In this document: piece by piece, positions 23,180-32,472 of the stretch
Numbering within the stretch: the first letter of the stretch is position 1
How the letters are laid out: each line of letters begins with the position of its first letter
NCBI GenBank assembly: GCA_021775855.1
Contig: JAJFGZ010000006.1
Location: 3,761-67,760 of the forward strand
DNA from: Hyphomicrobiales bacterium
GTDB lineage: Bacteria > Pseudomonadota > Alphaproteobacteria > Rhizobiales > NORP267
Length of the DNA stretch: 64,000 bases
Direction of reading: 5' to 3'
Translations under genes and position numbers: made by a program
Notes under the pieces: generated by a model
Database searches by the model: none
Told to the model about the DNA's origin: nothing
What the model saw: only the letters and a program-made list of their open reading frames with translations

Positions 23180-24069
23180 TGCGTGCCGCCTTGCCCCACA
23201 CCGAACTGATAGTCGAAAACGACGGTATCAAACTCCATTGCGAAATCTACGGGCAGGGAGATCATACAATCTTGTTTATTCCGACCTGGATGTTCATCCA
23301 TTCACGTGGCTATAAGGCGCAAATACCATATTTCGCAGAGCAATTTCGCTGCATCACCTGGGACCCGCGCGGCAACGGAAAATCCGACCGGCCCACTGAC
23401 CCGAAAGCATATGGACAAGGGCAATATGTTGGCGATGCTCTGGCTATCCTTGATGCAACAGACTCCAAATCGGCAATTGTATTTGGTTATTCGCAAAGTG
23501 GCCCAACCTGCGCAATTCTGGCCGCCTATCATAAAGACCGCGTGAAAGCTGTGGTAACTGTCGGCACCCATACGCCACTGGTGCCGCGTTTTGAGCATAG
23601 CAACAAAGACGCTTACAACAGCATCGTTAAAAACCCCAAAGGCTGGCAAAAATACAACCGAAACTACTGGCTAACCAACCTGAAGGATTTTGCAGAATTC
23701 TTCTCCGAACAGCTTTTTGTTGAGCCCCATTCGACCAAACAGCGTGAAGATGTGCTCGGGTGGTCCAGGGGAACTACTGGCGAAATTCTGGCAGCCTCGA
23801 TGGCCGCCCCCTATGCCGGGCACTACACGCTGGACATGACAGCCTACCAACGGATTGCCTGCCCGATGTTGGCGGTGCATGGGCGGCTCGACCCGATTGC
23901 ACCACTGGCTGCGTCGGAAAAGGTCGCGGAGCTGACCGGGTGTGAATTGCTGATATTTGATCAGGCGGGCCATGCGCCCCACGCCAGATACCCGGCGAAG
24001 TTTAACCTGGTTATGCGTGATTTCTTGGCCAGGTATTTTGCTAAGCAGAAACCGGCGGCGGGTCCATGA
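23179..24069 (+). CDS. Alpha/beta-fold hydrolase
   Basis: WDPRGNGKSDRP, nucleophile motif GYSQSG, VHGRLD, AGHAPHARYP catalytic His. Confidence 0.88.
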   Translation: MRAALPHTELIVENDGIKLHCEIYGQGDHTILFIPTWMFIHSRGYKAQIPYFAEQFRCITWDPRGNGKSDRPTDPKAYGQGQYVGDALAILDATDSKSAIVFGYSQSGPTCAILAAYHKDRVKAVVTVGTHTPLVPRFEHSNKDAYNSIVKNPKGWQKYNRNYWLTNLKDFAEFFSEQLFVEPHSTKQREDVLGWSRGTTGEILAASMAAPYAGHYTLDMTAYQRIACPMLAVHGRLDPIAPLAASEKVAELTGCELLIFDQAGHAPHARYPAKFNLVMRDFLARYFAKQKPAAGP

Positions 24070-24231
24070 TGCGTGCGGCTTTACTTGAAATCACCGGAAA
24101 AATCGACCGCGAGGGAGTTGATATTTATTTCGAATCCTACGGGCAGGGCACAATCCATACGCGCGAATTCCAGCAAAGATCAACACGATGACACCTGGCA
24201 CCCGGATGATACCAAGGAAAAGTTGGCTGAT
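24066..24231 (+). pseudogene. Collapsed remnant of a second alpha/beta-hydrolase domain formerly fused to the downstream glycosyltransferase
   Basis: MMRAALLEITGKIDREGVDIYFESYGQG (N-terminus) abuts, in another frame, GHNPYARIPAKINTM (C-terminus); both match the ends of 23179-24069. Confidence 0.7.
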
Positions 24232-25455
24232 ATGAGCAATACCTGCATTAAATCTCAGAAAAAGGTTCTGTATCTTTCCTCGCCAATCGGGCTTGGCCAT
24301 GCGCGTCGTGACCTGGCAATCGCCCGCGAGTTGCGCCAGCATTTTCCCGATATGCATATTGACTGGCTGGCTCAGGATCCGGTCACACGATTTTTGAATG
24401 CAAACAATGAAACGGTCCATCCAGACAGCACCCGCATGGCAAGCGAGAGCGCACATATTGAAGTGGAATGCGGTGAACATGACCTCAATGTTTTCATGGC
24501 AATCCGCAATATGGACGAGATACTGATAAAGAATTTCATGGTGTTTCAGGAGGCGGTAGAGCAGCAGGATTATGATCTGGTGATCGCCGATGAGGCCTGG
24601 GATGTGGATTATTACTGGCATGAACATCCGGAGTTGAAAAAAACTCAGATCGCCTGGTTGACTGATTTTGTCGGCTGGGTGCCGATGCCAGATAACGGTG
24701 CGCGCGAGGCGTTTTTAGCCACCGACTACAATGCCGAAATGATCGGCCACGTGGAAAATCACCCATCCGTTCGAGACCGCGCAATTTTTGTCGGTAATCC
24801 GGCAGATATTATTCCACACAGCTTTGGCAAAGATTTGCCACAAATGCGCGACTGGGTGCCGCAGCATTATGAGTTTTGCGGCTATGTTATCGGCCAGCAC
24901 CCGGATGAATTTGGCGACAGACAGGAGCTTCGCCACCGATTTGGATATCGCGATGACGAGCAAATATGCATTGTCACCGTTGGTGGCTCCGGCGTGGGTG
25001 GTGCGCTGATAGCGCGTATACTTGCAGCCTATCCGGCGGCAAAGGCCAAATTGCCAGCACTTCGGATGGTTGTCGTGGCGGGCCCCCGCATCAACACCAA
25101 TGGCATAAACATTCCCGACGGCGTGGAACTGCGCGCCTTTGTTCCTGATCTCGACCGACATTTGGCGGTATGCGACCTGGCGCTTGTTCAGGGCGGATTA
25201 ACAACCTGCATGGAACTGGCGGCGGCCGGTACACCATTCCTTTATTTCCCGCTGAAAAACCACTTCGAGCAGAACTTTCATGTCGCTCAACGGCTCGACC
25301 GGTATGGCGCAGGACGAAAAATGATCTTTGACCAAAGTCCGCCGGAGGTAATTGCCGAGGCGATGGTCGAGGAATTGTCGAAGCGCTCCAGCTTCAAACC
25401 TGTGGAAGGCGATGGTGCATCGCGTGCGGCTGACATGCTGGTGCAGATGTTATGA
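24232..25455 (+). CDS. GT-B-fold glycosyltransferase-like protein
   Basis: LYLSSPIGLGHARRD, IVTVGGSGVG, DLALVQGGLTTCMEL, PFLYFPL..HFEQ (GT28/UGT-type C-terminal motif); ATG 24232 chosen. Confidence 0.75.
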   Translation: MSNTCIKSQKKVLYLSSPIGLGHARRDLAIARELRQHFPDMHIDWLAQDPVTRFLNANNETVHPDSTRMASESAHIEVECGEHDLNVFMAIRNMDEILIKNFMVFQEAVEQQDYDLVIADEAWDVDYYWHEHPELKKTQIAWLTDFVGWVPMPDNGAREAFLATDYNAEMIGHVENHPSVRDRAIFVGNPADIIPHSFGKDLPQMRDWVPQHYEFCGYVIGQHPDEFGDRQELRHRFGYRDDEQICIVTVGGSGVGGALIARILAAYPAAKAKLPALRMVVVAGPRINTNGINIPDGVELRAFVPDLDRHLAVCDLALVQGGLTTCMELAAAGTPFLYFPLKNHFEQNFHVAQRLDRYGAGRKMIFDQSPPEVIAEAMVEELSKRSSFKPVEGDGASRAADMLVQML

Positions 25456-25511
25456 GGATCAACGCAAACGGCAACAGTCTTTGCGGCTTATTTCCGGTGC
25501 GCAAAGGAGTG

Positions 25512-25850
25512 ATGAAACCATTCATCCAAAGCTGGAAGAAGATCGAATTGACCGAAAATTCATCGATTAAGATCGCATTGGAGCGCAATTTTCGAGCGTT
25601 CAAGGCGAAGCCAGCAGCAGCAATGGATACAACGAAGACCTGTGCCGTGTTGCGTGATGGTTTTCATACCGTGGTTCGCAAAAACGAGCATGAATTTGCC
25701 GCGGATATGCCCTCTATCACGGGTGGGGATGATCGAGGACCGACGCCGGGGTTTTATGGGCGGGCTTGTCTTGCAAGCTGCATCGCGATGGAGATCAAGA
25801 TCGCCGCAATACGTCAGTGCGTGGAAAATGAAAGGGTCAATTGGTGGTGA
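25512..25850 (+). pseudogene. OsmC/Ohr-like protein, C-terminally truncated
   Basis: SD aaggag; ADMPSITGGDDRGPTPG...ACLASCIA motif, then the ORF ends ~25 aa later without the usual C-terminal half. Confidence 0.6.
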
Positions 25851-26716
25851 TTGTAGGCACACAAGGAAGCATTGATTACCAGGAAAAAGGTATCGGGCCG
25901 ACCATTGTGATGGTTCCCGGATCATGCAGCACGGGTGCTGCATGGCACAAGGTGGTGTCTCGATTGAGCGACCGGTTTCGGTGCGTTACCACAAGCTTGC
26001 TTGGATATGGAGAGACGCTCGAACGGCGCACAATAGAGGATTCGTCGATATCTCACGAAGTCGAGGCCTTGGCATCAGTCGTGCGGAAGGCCTGTGGGCC
26101 GGTACACCTGGTTGGTCACTCATTCGGCGGTCTTGTGGCCATCGCACTTGCCATTCGAAACGAGGCTCATCTTGTAAGCCTAACGGTTGTTGAGGCTCCA
26201 GCATCGGAATTGTTGCGGGAATCCGGAGAATTTCAATATCATAACGACTTTCGACAAATGTCGGATTCCTTCATTACCGCATACCGGGGCGGCGACAAAC
26301 AGGCAATCGCCGCGATGATTGACTTTTACGGTGGTGCCAGAACCTATGATTCCTGGCCCGCTGCCGCACGTGCTTATGCAATCGAAACGACACCGGTCAA
26401 TATTCTTGACTGGGAGAGTGCTTATGGTTTCCCGCTTTCACCACAGCTGCTGGCCTCAATTGACGTACCCACGCTGGTGTTACGAGGTCAATCAAGCCAT
26501 CAGGCAGTCAAACGTGCCAATGAACTTATATCCGAGTGCATCGAGCGGGCATCTCTTACCACCATTGATAGTGCGGCACATTTCATGATCACCACCCATG
26601 CCAACGACGTCGCTGAAGCAATCGCCCATCACGTCAGTCAGGTAGAAATAGCCGGGCCGTGCGACAACCTATCGGCAGGGGTGTCAGACACAGAAATAAT
26701 GCGAAGACCAACTTAA
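25841..26716 (+). CDS. Alpha/beta-fold hydrolase (start uncertain, TTG)
   Basis: GPTIVMVPGS, HLVGHSFGG nucleophile motif, AAHFMITTH. Confidence 0.8.
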   Translation: MVVIVGTQGSIDYQEKGIGPTIVMVPGSCSTGAAWHKVVSRLSDRFRCVTTSLLGYGETLERRTIEDSSISHEVEALASVVRKACGPVHLVGHSFGGLVAIALAIRNEAHLVSLTVVEAPASELLRESGEFQYHNDFRQMSDSFITAYRGGDKQAIAAMIDFYGGARTYDSWPAAARAYAIETTPVNILDWESAYGFPLSPQLLASIDVPTLVLRGQSSHQAVKRANELISECIERASLTTIDSAAHFMITTHANDVAEAIAHHVSQVEIAGPCDNLSAGVSDTEIMRRPT

Positions 26717-26738
26717 CCAACCAAAAGGAGTACAGATT

Positions 26739-27377
26739 ATGACCCCCTGGGAATTGAAAATGAAAGAACTCGTCAACTGCAATTGCGCCTATGGCTGCCC
26801 TTGCCAGTTCAACGCTTTACCAACCCATGGCGACTGCTATGCAATCGCCGGTTTTGAAGTATCTGAAGGGCATTTTGGCGATACGGATATGGCCGGTGTC
26901 AAGGCTGTCGCGATCCTGTCCTGGCCCGGCGCAATCCACGAGGGCAAAGGATCGGTCGAAGCGATTGTAGATGAGGCAGCCTCGGACGTGCAAAAAGAGG
27001 CGATGCTGAAAATCATGACCGGGCAGGACACCACGCCGATGGCAACCGTATTCTCGGTATATGCATCAACCATGACCACAGTACACGATCCGGTGTTTGC
27101 GCCAATTGACCTGGAAATCAATGTTGAAAGCCGCAAGGGTCACATTAACGTACCCGGATTGATCGAGTGCATCGGCGAACCCATCCGCAATCCGGTTTCG
27201 GGCGAGGTCCAACAGGCACGCATCGATCTGCCAAGCGGGTTTGAATATTCGATTGCTGAGATGGGATCGGCATCCGGCAAAGCCAAAGGTGCAATTAAAC
27301 ACGAACTGAAGGATTCCTACGCCCAGTTCGCCCATCTTCATCTGACCAATGACGGCCCTGTCCGCAAAGCCGCCTGA
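26739..27377 (+). CDS. DUF1326 domain protein (Cys-rich, probably metal-binding)
   Basis: NCNCAYGCPCQF...GDC, GHFGDTDMAG, WPGAIHEG; paired with DUF2182. Confidence 0.85.
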   Translation: MTPWELKMKELVNCNCAYGCPCQFNALPTHGDCYAIAGFEVSEGHFGDTDMAGVKAVAILSWPGAIHEGKGSVEAIVDEAASDVQKEAMLKIMTGQDTTPMATVFSVYASTMTTVHDPVFAPIDLEINVESRKGHINVPGLIECIGEPIRNPVSGEVQQARIDLPSGFEYSIAEMGSASGKAKGAIKHELKDSYAQFAHLHLTNDGPVRKAA

Positions 27378-27420
27378 CCTTCTGGTTGGCGTTGATGCAT
27401 CAAACCGAAAGGCGTCGATA

Positions 27421-28158
27421 ATGTTTGAAGAAGTAGTCAAACGTGACTGGATGATAGTTGTCCTTGGTCTGTTGTCGGTCGCGGCCATTTCGTGGGCATA
27501 TATTCTTGCCGGAGCCGACATGAACATGACCACGGTCGGTACGGACTGGACACTGAAATACGCGGTACTGATGTTTGTCATGTGGTGGGTAATGATGATT
27601 GCCATGATGGTGCCCAGTGCGGCGCCGATGATCCTGCTGTTTGCCTCTGCAAATCGCAACTCGGGCGCACAGGGGGCACGTGCTGTACCCACATTCATCT
27701 TTGCCTCGGGCTACCTGCTGGTGTGGGGGGCCTTTGGCCTGCTTGCAACAGGCGCGCAATGGCTGCTTACCGCAACCAGCCTGATCGACCATTTGATGCA
27801 GTCAACAAGTGCCTGGCTTGGGGGCCTGCTGCTGATTGGTGCCGGTCTCTACCAGTTCACGCCTGTAAAAAATGCCTGCCTGGAACATTGTCGCTCCCCC
27901 CTCCAGTTCATTATGGCCCACTGGGCGCCGGGTCGTCTGGGTGCACTGAAAATGGGTATGCAGCACGGCGCATTCTGCCTGGGCTGCTGCTGGTTCCTGA
28001 TGGGCCTGTTGTTTTTCGGCGGAGTGATGAACATCTTCTGGATCGCCGGGTTGGCGTTTTATGTGCTGATCGAAAAACTTATACCGCACGCGATCATGTT
28101 CGAAAAACTCGCCGGCGGTGTTCTCGTTGTCTGGGGGATAGCACTGATCGCGAGTTAA
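27421..28158 (+). CDS. DUF2182 predicted metal-binding integral membrane protein
   Basis: MWWVMMIAMMVPSAAPM, GLYQFTPVKNACLEHCRSP, HGAFCLGCCWFLMGLLFFGGVMN. Confidence 0.88.
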   Translation: MFEEVVKRDWMIVVLGLLSVAAISWAYILAGADMNMTTVGTDWTLKYAVLMFVMWWVMMIAMMVPSAAPMILLFASANRNSGAQGARAVPTFIFASGYLLVWGAFGLLATGAQWLLTATSLIDHLMQSTSAWLGGLLLIGAGLYQFTPVKNACLEHCRSPLQFIMAHWAPGRLGALKMGMQHGAFCLGCCWFLMGLLFFGGVMNIFWIAGLAFYVLIEKLIPHAIMFEKLAGGVLVVWGIALIAS

Positions 28159-28219
28159 AAATATTAAATTGAAGTCTACGTAATTTGATTGAGAGAAAGA
28201 CCAGTCATAGCCGGAATGG

Positions 28220-29027
28220 TGCATTGTCAGAGGAATATGACTTGAGCGGGCAGGGGGCATTTCATAGCCTCGTCGGATGAGAAACCCATTCCACTATTTC
28301 AAGACTTCCCCTGAGATTACCCGCTTGGCAGTGATGATGTATGTCCGATTTCCACTTTCACTTTGAAATGTTGAGGACCTGCTTCACGAGCGTGGGGTCG
28401 ATGTGAGCCATGAAATCGTACGCGCTTGGTGGAATAGGTTTAGGCCGTTATTTGCTGAACAGATCAAAAAGAGGTGTGCTGAACCTGGAAGAAATTGGTC
28501 AAATTGGCAATGGCATTTGGACGAGGTGTTCGTCCGAATAAATGGCGAAACCCACTCCCTTTGGCGGGCTGTTGATCACGAGGGCGAAGTTCTCGAAGTG
28601 TTTGTCACAAAGAGAAGAAATCGTATGGCAGCGCTGAAGTTTTTGCGCAAAGCCATGAAACGGCATGGCGCCCAATGGTCATTGTGACGGATAAACTACG
28701 GTCCTATCGGGCGGCCATGAAAGAGATTGGCAACGAAGCACGCCAAAAAGCTGGCCACAGCCTCAACAATCGGGCAGAAAATTCACATCAGCCGTTCCGA
28801 CGATGAGAACGGGCCATGTCGAAATTCAGAAGGACTAAAACACTTCAGAAGTTCACATCAATCCATGTCTCAATCCACAACCATTTCAATCAGGAACGAC
28901 ATCTGAATCGCCGCGATCATTTCAAGGAAAGCCGTTCACAGGCGCTCGCCGAATGGCGGCAGCTCGTGGCCTGATAGAAGTCGAGATGCGGCTTGGCTCG
29001 CCTAAATCTATTTCCTCTGACAATGCC
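28220..29027 (+). mobile_element. Near full-length IS6-family element, transposase pseudogene
   Basis: IRs TGCATTGTCAGAGGAA / TTCCTCTGACAATGCC; transposase 28277-28974 with two in-frame TGA stops and one frameshift. Confidence 0.88.
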
Positions 29028-29029
29028 AT

Positions 29030-29257
29030 CTGTTGGCGTCCGATAGTACAAGCACGATCTCTGATCTTGCCAGAGACGCCAACAAACCACGCTCCTGGTT
29101 TAGCGCCCAATTGTCACTTGCCTTTCTGGAGCCCGACATCGTCACGACCATCCTACAGGGCCGGCAACCACCGGGCATGTCACTCAAGCCGTTACTCAAG
29201 ATCGCCGCTAGGCATCACGACTGGTCAGAGCAGAGGCTAGCGTTCGAACGCGGCTAA
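29030..29257 (+). pseudogene. C-terminal fragment of a large serine recombinase, cut by IS6
   Basis: LSLAFLEPDIVTTILQGRQPPGMSL...DWSEQR resembles the C-terminal motif of alphaproteobacterial island recombinases; lies ~200 bp from the tRNA 3' end. Confidence 0.65.
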
Positions 29258-29470
29258 GATATTCTCCGAACCGGAAGCCAAATTCTCCATCCCGAAAAAA
29301 TGATGCGTATGCCGCGAAATCGCGGTCTGAGACTTTTGGGCTTATTCCACTGGATCGCTCAGAAATTGGCCAATTTGGCATACGCTCTGGCCGAAGCTAC
29401 TCTGCCAAGTCCCGGGAATATGGGCGCTATTCCGCTGGCTCAGAGACCGCACATATGCAGGGCAGGTGGG

Positions 29471-29544
29471 TGGTTGGGGAACTAGGATTCGAACCTAGAT
29501 TGACGGAGTCAGAGTCCGTTGTCCTACCGTTAGACGATTCCCCA
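29471..29544 (-). tRNA. tRNA-Gln(CUG) with encoded CCA
   Basis: tggggaatcgtctaacggtaggacaacggactCTGactccgtcaatctaggttcgaatcctagttccccaacca; acceptor, anticodon and T stems all pair. Confidence 0.97.
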
Positions 29545-29750
29545 AAAGACAGGCCGGTTAGGGTCGAAATTCTGTTCCAATCATCTAACGCAGGCGCGGG
29601 TCTGATGCAACGGAACAAAGATTAACGAAACACATTTCTAGCACTGTTCGATTTGGGCTGTTGCTGGTAGTCTGATTTCAAGTGTACACGTGCCCCGGAT
29701 ACGTCAAGGGCGTTGTGGCATTATAGAATACAAGAGGCCTGAAAGCCCCA

Positions 29751-30917
29751 GTGAGGAATAGCGTGGACCGTCGTCAGGATTCAGATAAAAAGGGACATTG
29801 TGATCCCGGCAAGGCTCAAGCGGCCGGGGATATCCATGACGCCACGGAAAAATCAACTAAACATCCCAGCGGTATTTATGCCGCGCTTGACTTGGGAACC
29901 AACAATTGCCGGCTGCTCGTGGCCCGGCCTGCCAAACGCGGGTTCCGCGTCATCGACGCGTTTTCCCGCATTATCCGCCTCGGTGAAGGCGTCAGCCTGT
30001 CAGGCAGCCTGAACGATAAAGCGATGGACCGGACCATCGACGCGCTCAAGGTTTGCCGCGACAAGATGCATTTCCGGCGCGTGGGGCGGGCGCGCGCAAT
30101 CGCGACACAAGCTTGCCGCGCCGCCTGCAATGGCGAGGAATTCCTGGCGCGGGTGCGCGAAGAAGCCGGACTCGACCTGGAAATTGTAGATCAGGAAACC
30201 GAGGCCCGGCTTGCCGTCTCGGGATGCGCCAATTTGATCGACCCTGACGCCGATGGCGTTCTTGTCTTTGATATCGGCGGCGGATCGTCCGAGATTGCCT
30301 GGCTGGAACTGTCCGGCCGCAACCGCTGCTGCCCGCTGCGCATCCAGAAACACGTCCGGGCCTGGACCTCGTTGCCAGTCGGTGTTGTGACCCTGGCCGA
30401 AAAATTCGGAGGCGTTGAGGTTAACCGCCATGTGTTCGAGGAGATGGTTTCTTATGTTACAGGGCTGCTCCGCTCGTTCGAAGAGGAAAATGGCATCCGC
30501 GCACTTTTACGCGGACGAAATGTTCATCTTCTCGGAACATCCGGCACGGTCACCACGATCGCTGGCGTGTTTCTCAAATTGCCCCGCTACGAGCGCTCCC
30601 GCGTCGACGGTTGCTGGCTCACCGGTGACCAGATCGCCGACGTCAACGACAAGCTCATCGACATGGATTTCTCGGCCCGTGCCGCCAATCCGTGCATCGG
30701 CAACGAGCGGGCTGATCTGGTGCTTGCCGGCTGCGCCATTCTGGAAGCCATCCGGCGGCTCTGGCCGTGCCAGAAATTGCGCGTCGCGGACCGGGGCTTG
30801 CGCGAAGGCATCCTGTCGACCCTGATGGCCGAAGACGGCGTATTCGTGCCGGGTGAAACCCGCCGCCGCAGGCGTCGTCGGCGCTATCCTTATATGACCC
30901 GCTCGCGCGGACACTGA
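29751..30917 (+). CDS. ppx: Ppx/GppA family exopolyphosphatase (start uncertain)
   Basis: AALDLGTNNCRLL, IIRLGEG, ATQACR, DIGGGSSE, GTSGT, ADRGLREG. Confidence 0.9.
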   Translation: MRNSVDRRQDSDKKGHCDPGKAQAAGDIHDATEKSTKHPSGIYAALDLGTNNCRLLVARPAKRGFRVIDAFSRIIRLGEGVSLSGSLNDKAMDRTIDALKVCRDKMHFRRVGRARAIATQACRAACNGEEFLARVREEAGLDLEIVDQETEARLAVSGCANLIDPDADGVLVFDIGGGSSEIAWLELSGRNRCCPLRIQKHVRAWTSLPVGVVTLAEKFGGVEVNRHVFEEMVSYVTGLLRSFEEENGIRALLRGRNVHLLGTSGTVTTIAGVFLKLPRYERSRVDGCWLTGDQIADVNDKLIDMDFSARAANPCIGNERADLVLAGCAILEAIRRLWPCQKLRVADRGLREGILSTLMAEDGVFVPGETRRRRRRRRYPYMTRSRGH

Positions 30918-30919
30918 TC

Positions 30920-31630
30920 ATGGGCAAAAAAGGCCAGGGTTCCGGCACGGCCCGCGAACTAAAGACGAGGCTGAAGACCGCGCGCGGACGCACAACCGCT
31001 TCGACACGGTGGCTGGAGCGCCAACTCAACGATCCTTATGTGGCGGAAGCCAGACGCAAGGGATACCGGTCCCGGGCTGCGTTCAAGCTGATCGGGATAG
31101 AAGAGCGCTACCCGTTCCTCAAACCTGGCCAACGGATTGTTGATCTTGGGGCAGCACCGGGCGGGTGGTCTCAAATCATCGCGGACCGGATTGGCACGGA
31201 AAATCCGGACCCCGAAAAGCGGGGGCATCTGGTGACGATCGACGTGCTGGACATGGACCCGATCCCCGGTGCAACCGTGATCAAGGGCGATTTTCTGGAT
31301 GACGACGCGCCTGACCGCTTGATTGCTGAGTTGGGCGGCGCGGCAGACGCCGTCCTGTCCGACATGGCGGCCAATACCACCGGGCACCGGGCAACCGATC
31401 ATTTGAGGATCATCGCGATGTGCGAAGTCGCGCTTGATTTCGCCCGTCAGGTTCTGGCGCCCGGCGGCGTTTTCCTCGCCAAGGCGCTCCAGGGCGGTAC
31501 GGAAGCAGACCTGCTCGCCGGTATGAAGCGCGATTTCGAGACCGTGCGCCACGTCAAACCCGCCGCCAGTCGATCCGATTCCGCCGAGACCTATGTGTTG
31601 GCGATCGGGTTTAGAGGCAAACAGGATTAG
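30920..31630 (+). CDS. rlmE: 23S rRNA Um2552 methyltransferase
   Basis: WLERQLNDPYV, YRSRAAFKL, DLGAAPGGW, LSDMAANTTG, VKPAASRSDSAETY. Confidence 0.95.
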   Translation: MGKKGQGSGTARELKTRLKTARGRTTASTRWLERQLNDPYVAEARRKGYRSRAAFKLIGIEERYPFLKPGQRIVDLGAAPGGWSQIIADRIGTENPDPEKRGHLVTIDVLDMDPIPGATVIKGDFLDDDAPDRLIAELGGAADAVLSDMAANTTGHRATDHLRIIAMCEVALDFARQVLAPGGVFLAKALQGGTEADLLAGMKRDFETVRHVKPAASRSDSAETYVLAIGFRGKQD

Positions 31631-31637
31631 ATGGGCA

Positions 31638-32171
31638 CTAGGATATCTTCGCCGCGAGTGCCGCAAGCAATTTCCCGATCAAGTCCCGGCAGATATCATC
31701 GGTCAATCGGCCATCATTAAATTTGGTGCTGGCACCGCCCACAAAAATTTCGGGTTTATGTACGATATTGGCGCTCTGAGAGCCCAGCACCTTGCGCAAT
31801 TCGTATTGAACCCGCGCGGTTCCGAGCGGACCGCCCGCAGCCCCCATGATGGCGACGGGTTTATTGGCGAAGGGTTGGTTCTCAACCCGGCTTATCCAGT
31901 CGATGACATTTTTCAGACCGCCGGGTATGGAAAAATTATATTCCGGTGTGGCAATCAAAACCCCGTCGGCAGCGCGAATATCGTCCACTAGTTGAAGGAT
32001 CTTTGCGGGAACACCGTCGCGGGTTTCTTCGTCACCGTTATAGACCGGGATACCGGAAATATCGGCAATTGTGATGTCCATGCCGTCAGGAGATTCTTCA
32101 ATCGCCGCCCGCAACAGCCCGGTATTGAAGGAGTCTTTTCTCAAACTCCCGGAAATAGCTAGAATATTCAT
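31638..32171 (-). CDS. NADPH-dependent FMN reductase
   Basis: ISGSLRKDSFN, IATPEYNFSIPGGLKNVIDW. Confidence 0.9.
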   Translation of the reverse strand: MNILAISGSLRKDSFNTGLLRAAIEESPDGMDITIADISGIPVYNGDEETRDGVPAKILQLVDDIRAADGVLIATPEYNFSIPGGLKNVIDWISRVENQPFANKPVAIMGAAGGPLGTARVQYELRKVLGSQSANIVHKPEIFVGGASTKFNDGRLTDDICRDLIGKLLAALAAKIS

Positions 32172-32280
32172 TGCGTCGCCCTTGTCGATTTCAACGAGGG
32201 CACACTATGCCGGTAAATTCCAAAAATTCAATCGTGCTGTGCGCGCCAACCCACAGCATTCCTGTCCAAAGCTCTTCAGA

Positions 32281-32394
32281 TCAATTGTTTATTCCCGGAT
32301 CTTTCCAGGCTACGTAGGCCAGAACCGATCCGAAAGATGTAAAAAGACCCAACACGAGGAGGAGAAATGCGATTTCACCCATGGTAAAATTCAT
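32281..32394 (-). CDS. Small single-TM protein (37 aa), below the ORF-track cutoff
   Basis: MNFTMGEIAFLLLVLGLFTSFGSVLAYVAWKDPGINN; FNR-type box ~80 nt upstream. Confidence 0.55.
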   Translation of the reverse strand: MNFTMGEIAFLLLVLGLFTSFGSVLAYVAWKDPGINN

Positions 32395-32472
32395 GATCAT
32401 TCGCGCAAGCCAATTTTATCCGCAAGCTATTTCCGGTCACTGGCATTCTGGCAAAAAAGGGTCGAAACCGCG

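Noticed and set aside
17675-29027. Three ~57-bp near-identical repeats (17675, 22416, 28971) as a CRISPR-like or novel repeat family
   Set aside because: They are IS6 right ends, kilobases apart, each preceded by transposase C-terminal sequence
29323-29450. GCGGTCTGAG...CTCAGAGACCGC imperfect inverted repeat beside the tRNA
   Set aside because: Short and interrupted; could be part of the att region but cannot be supported from this window
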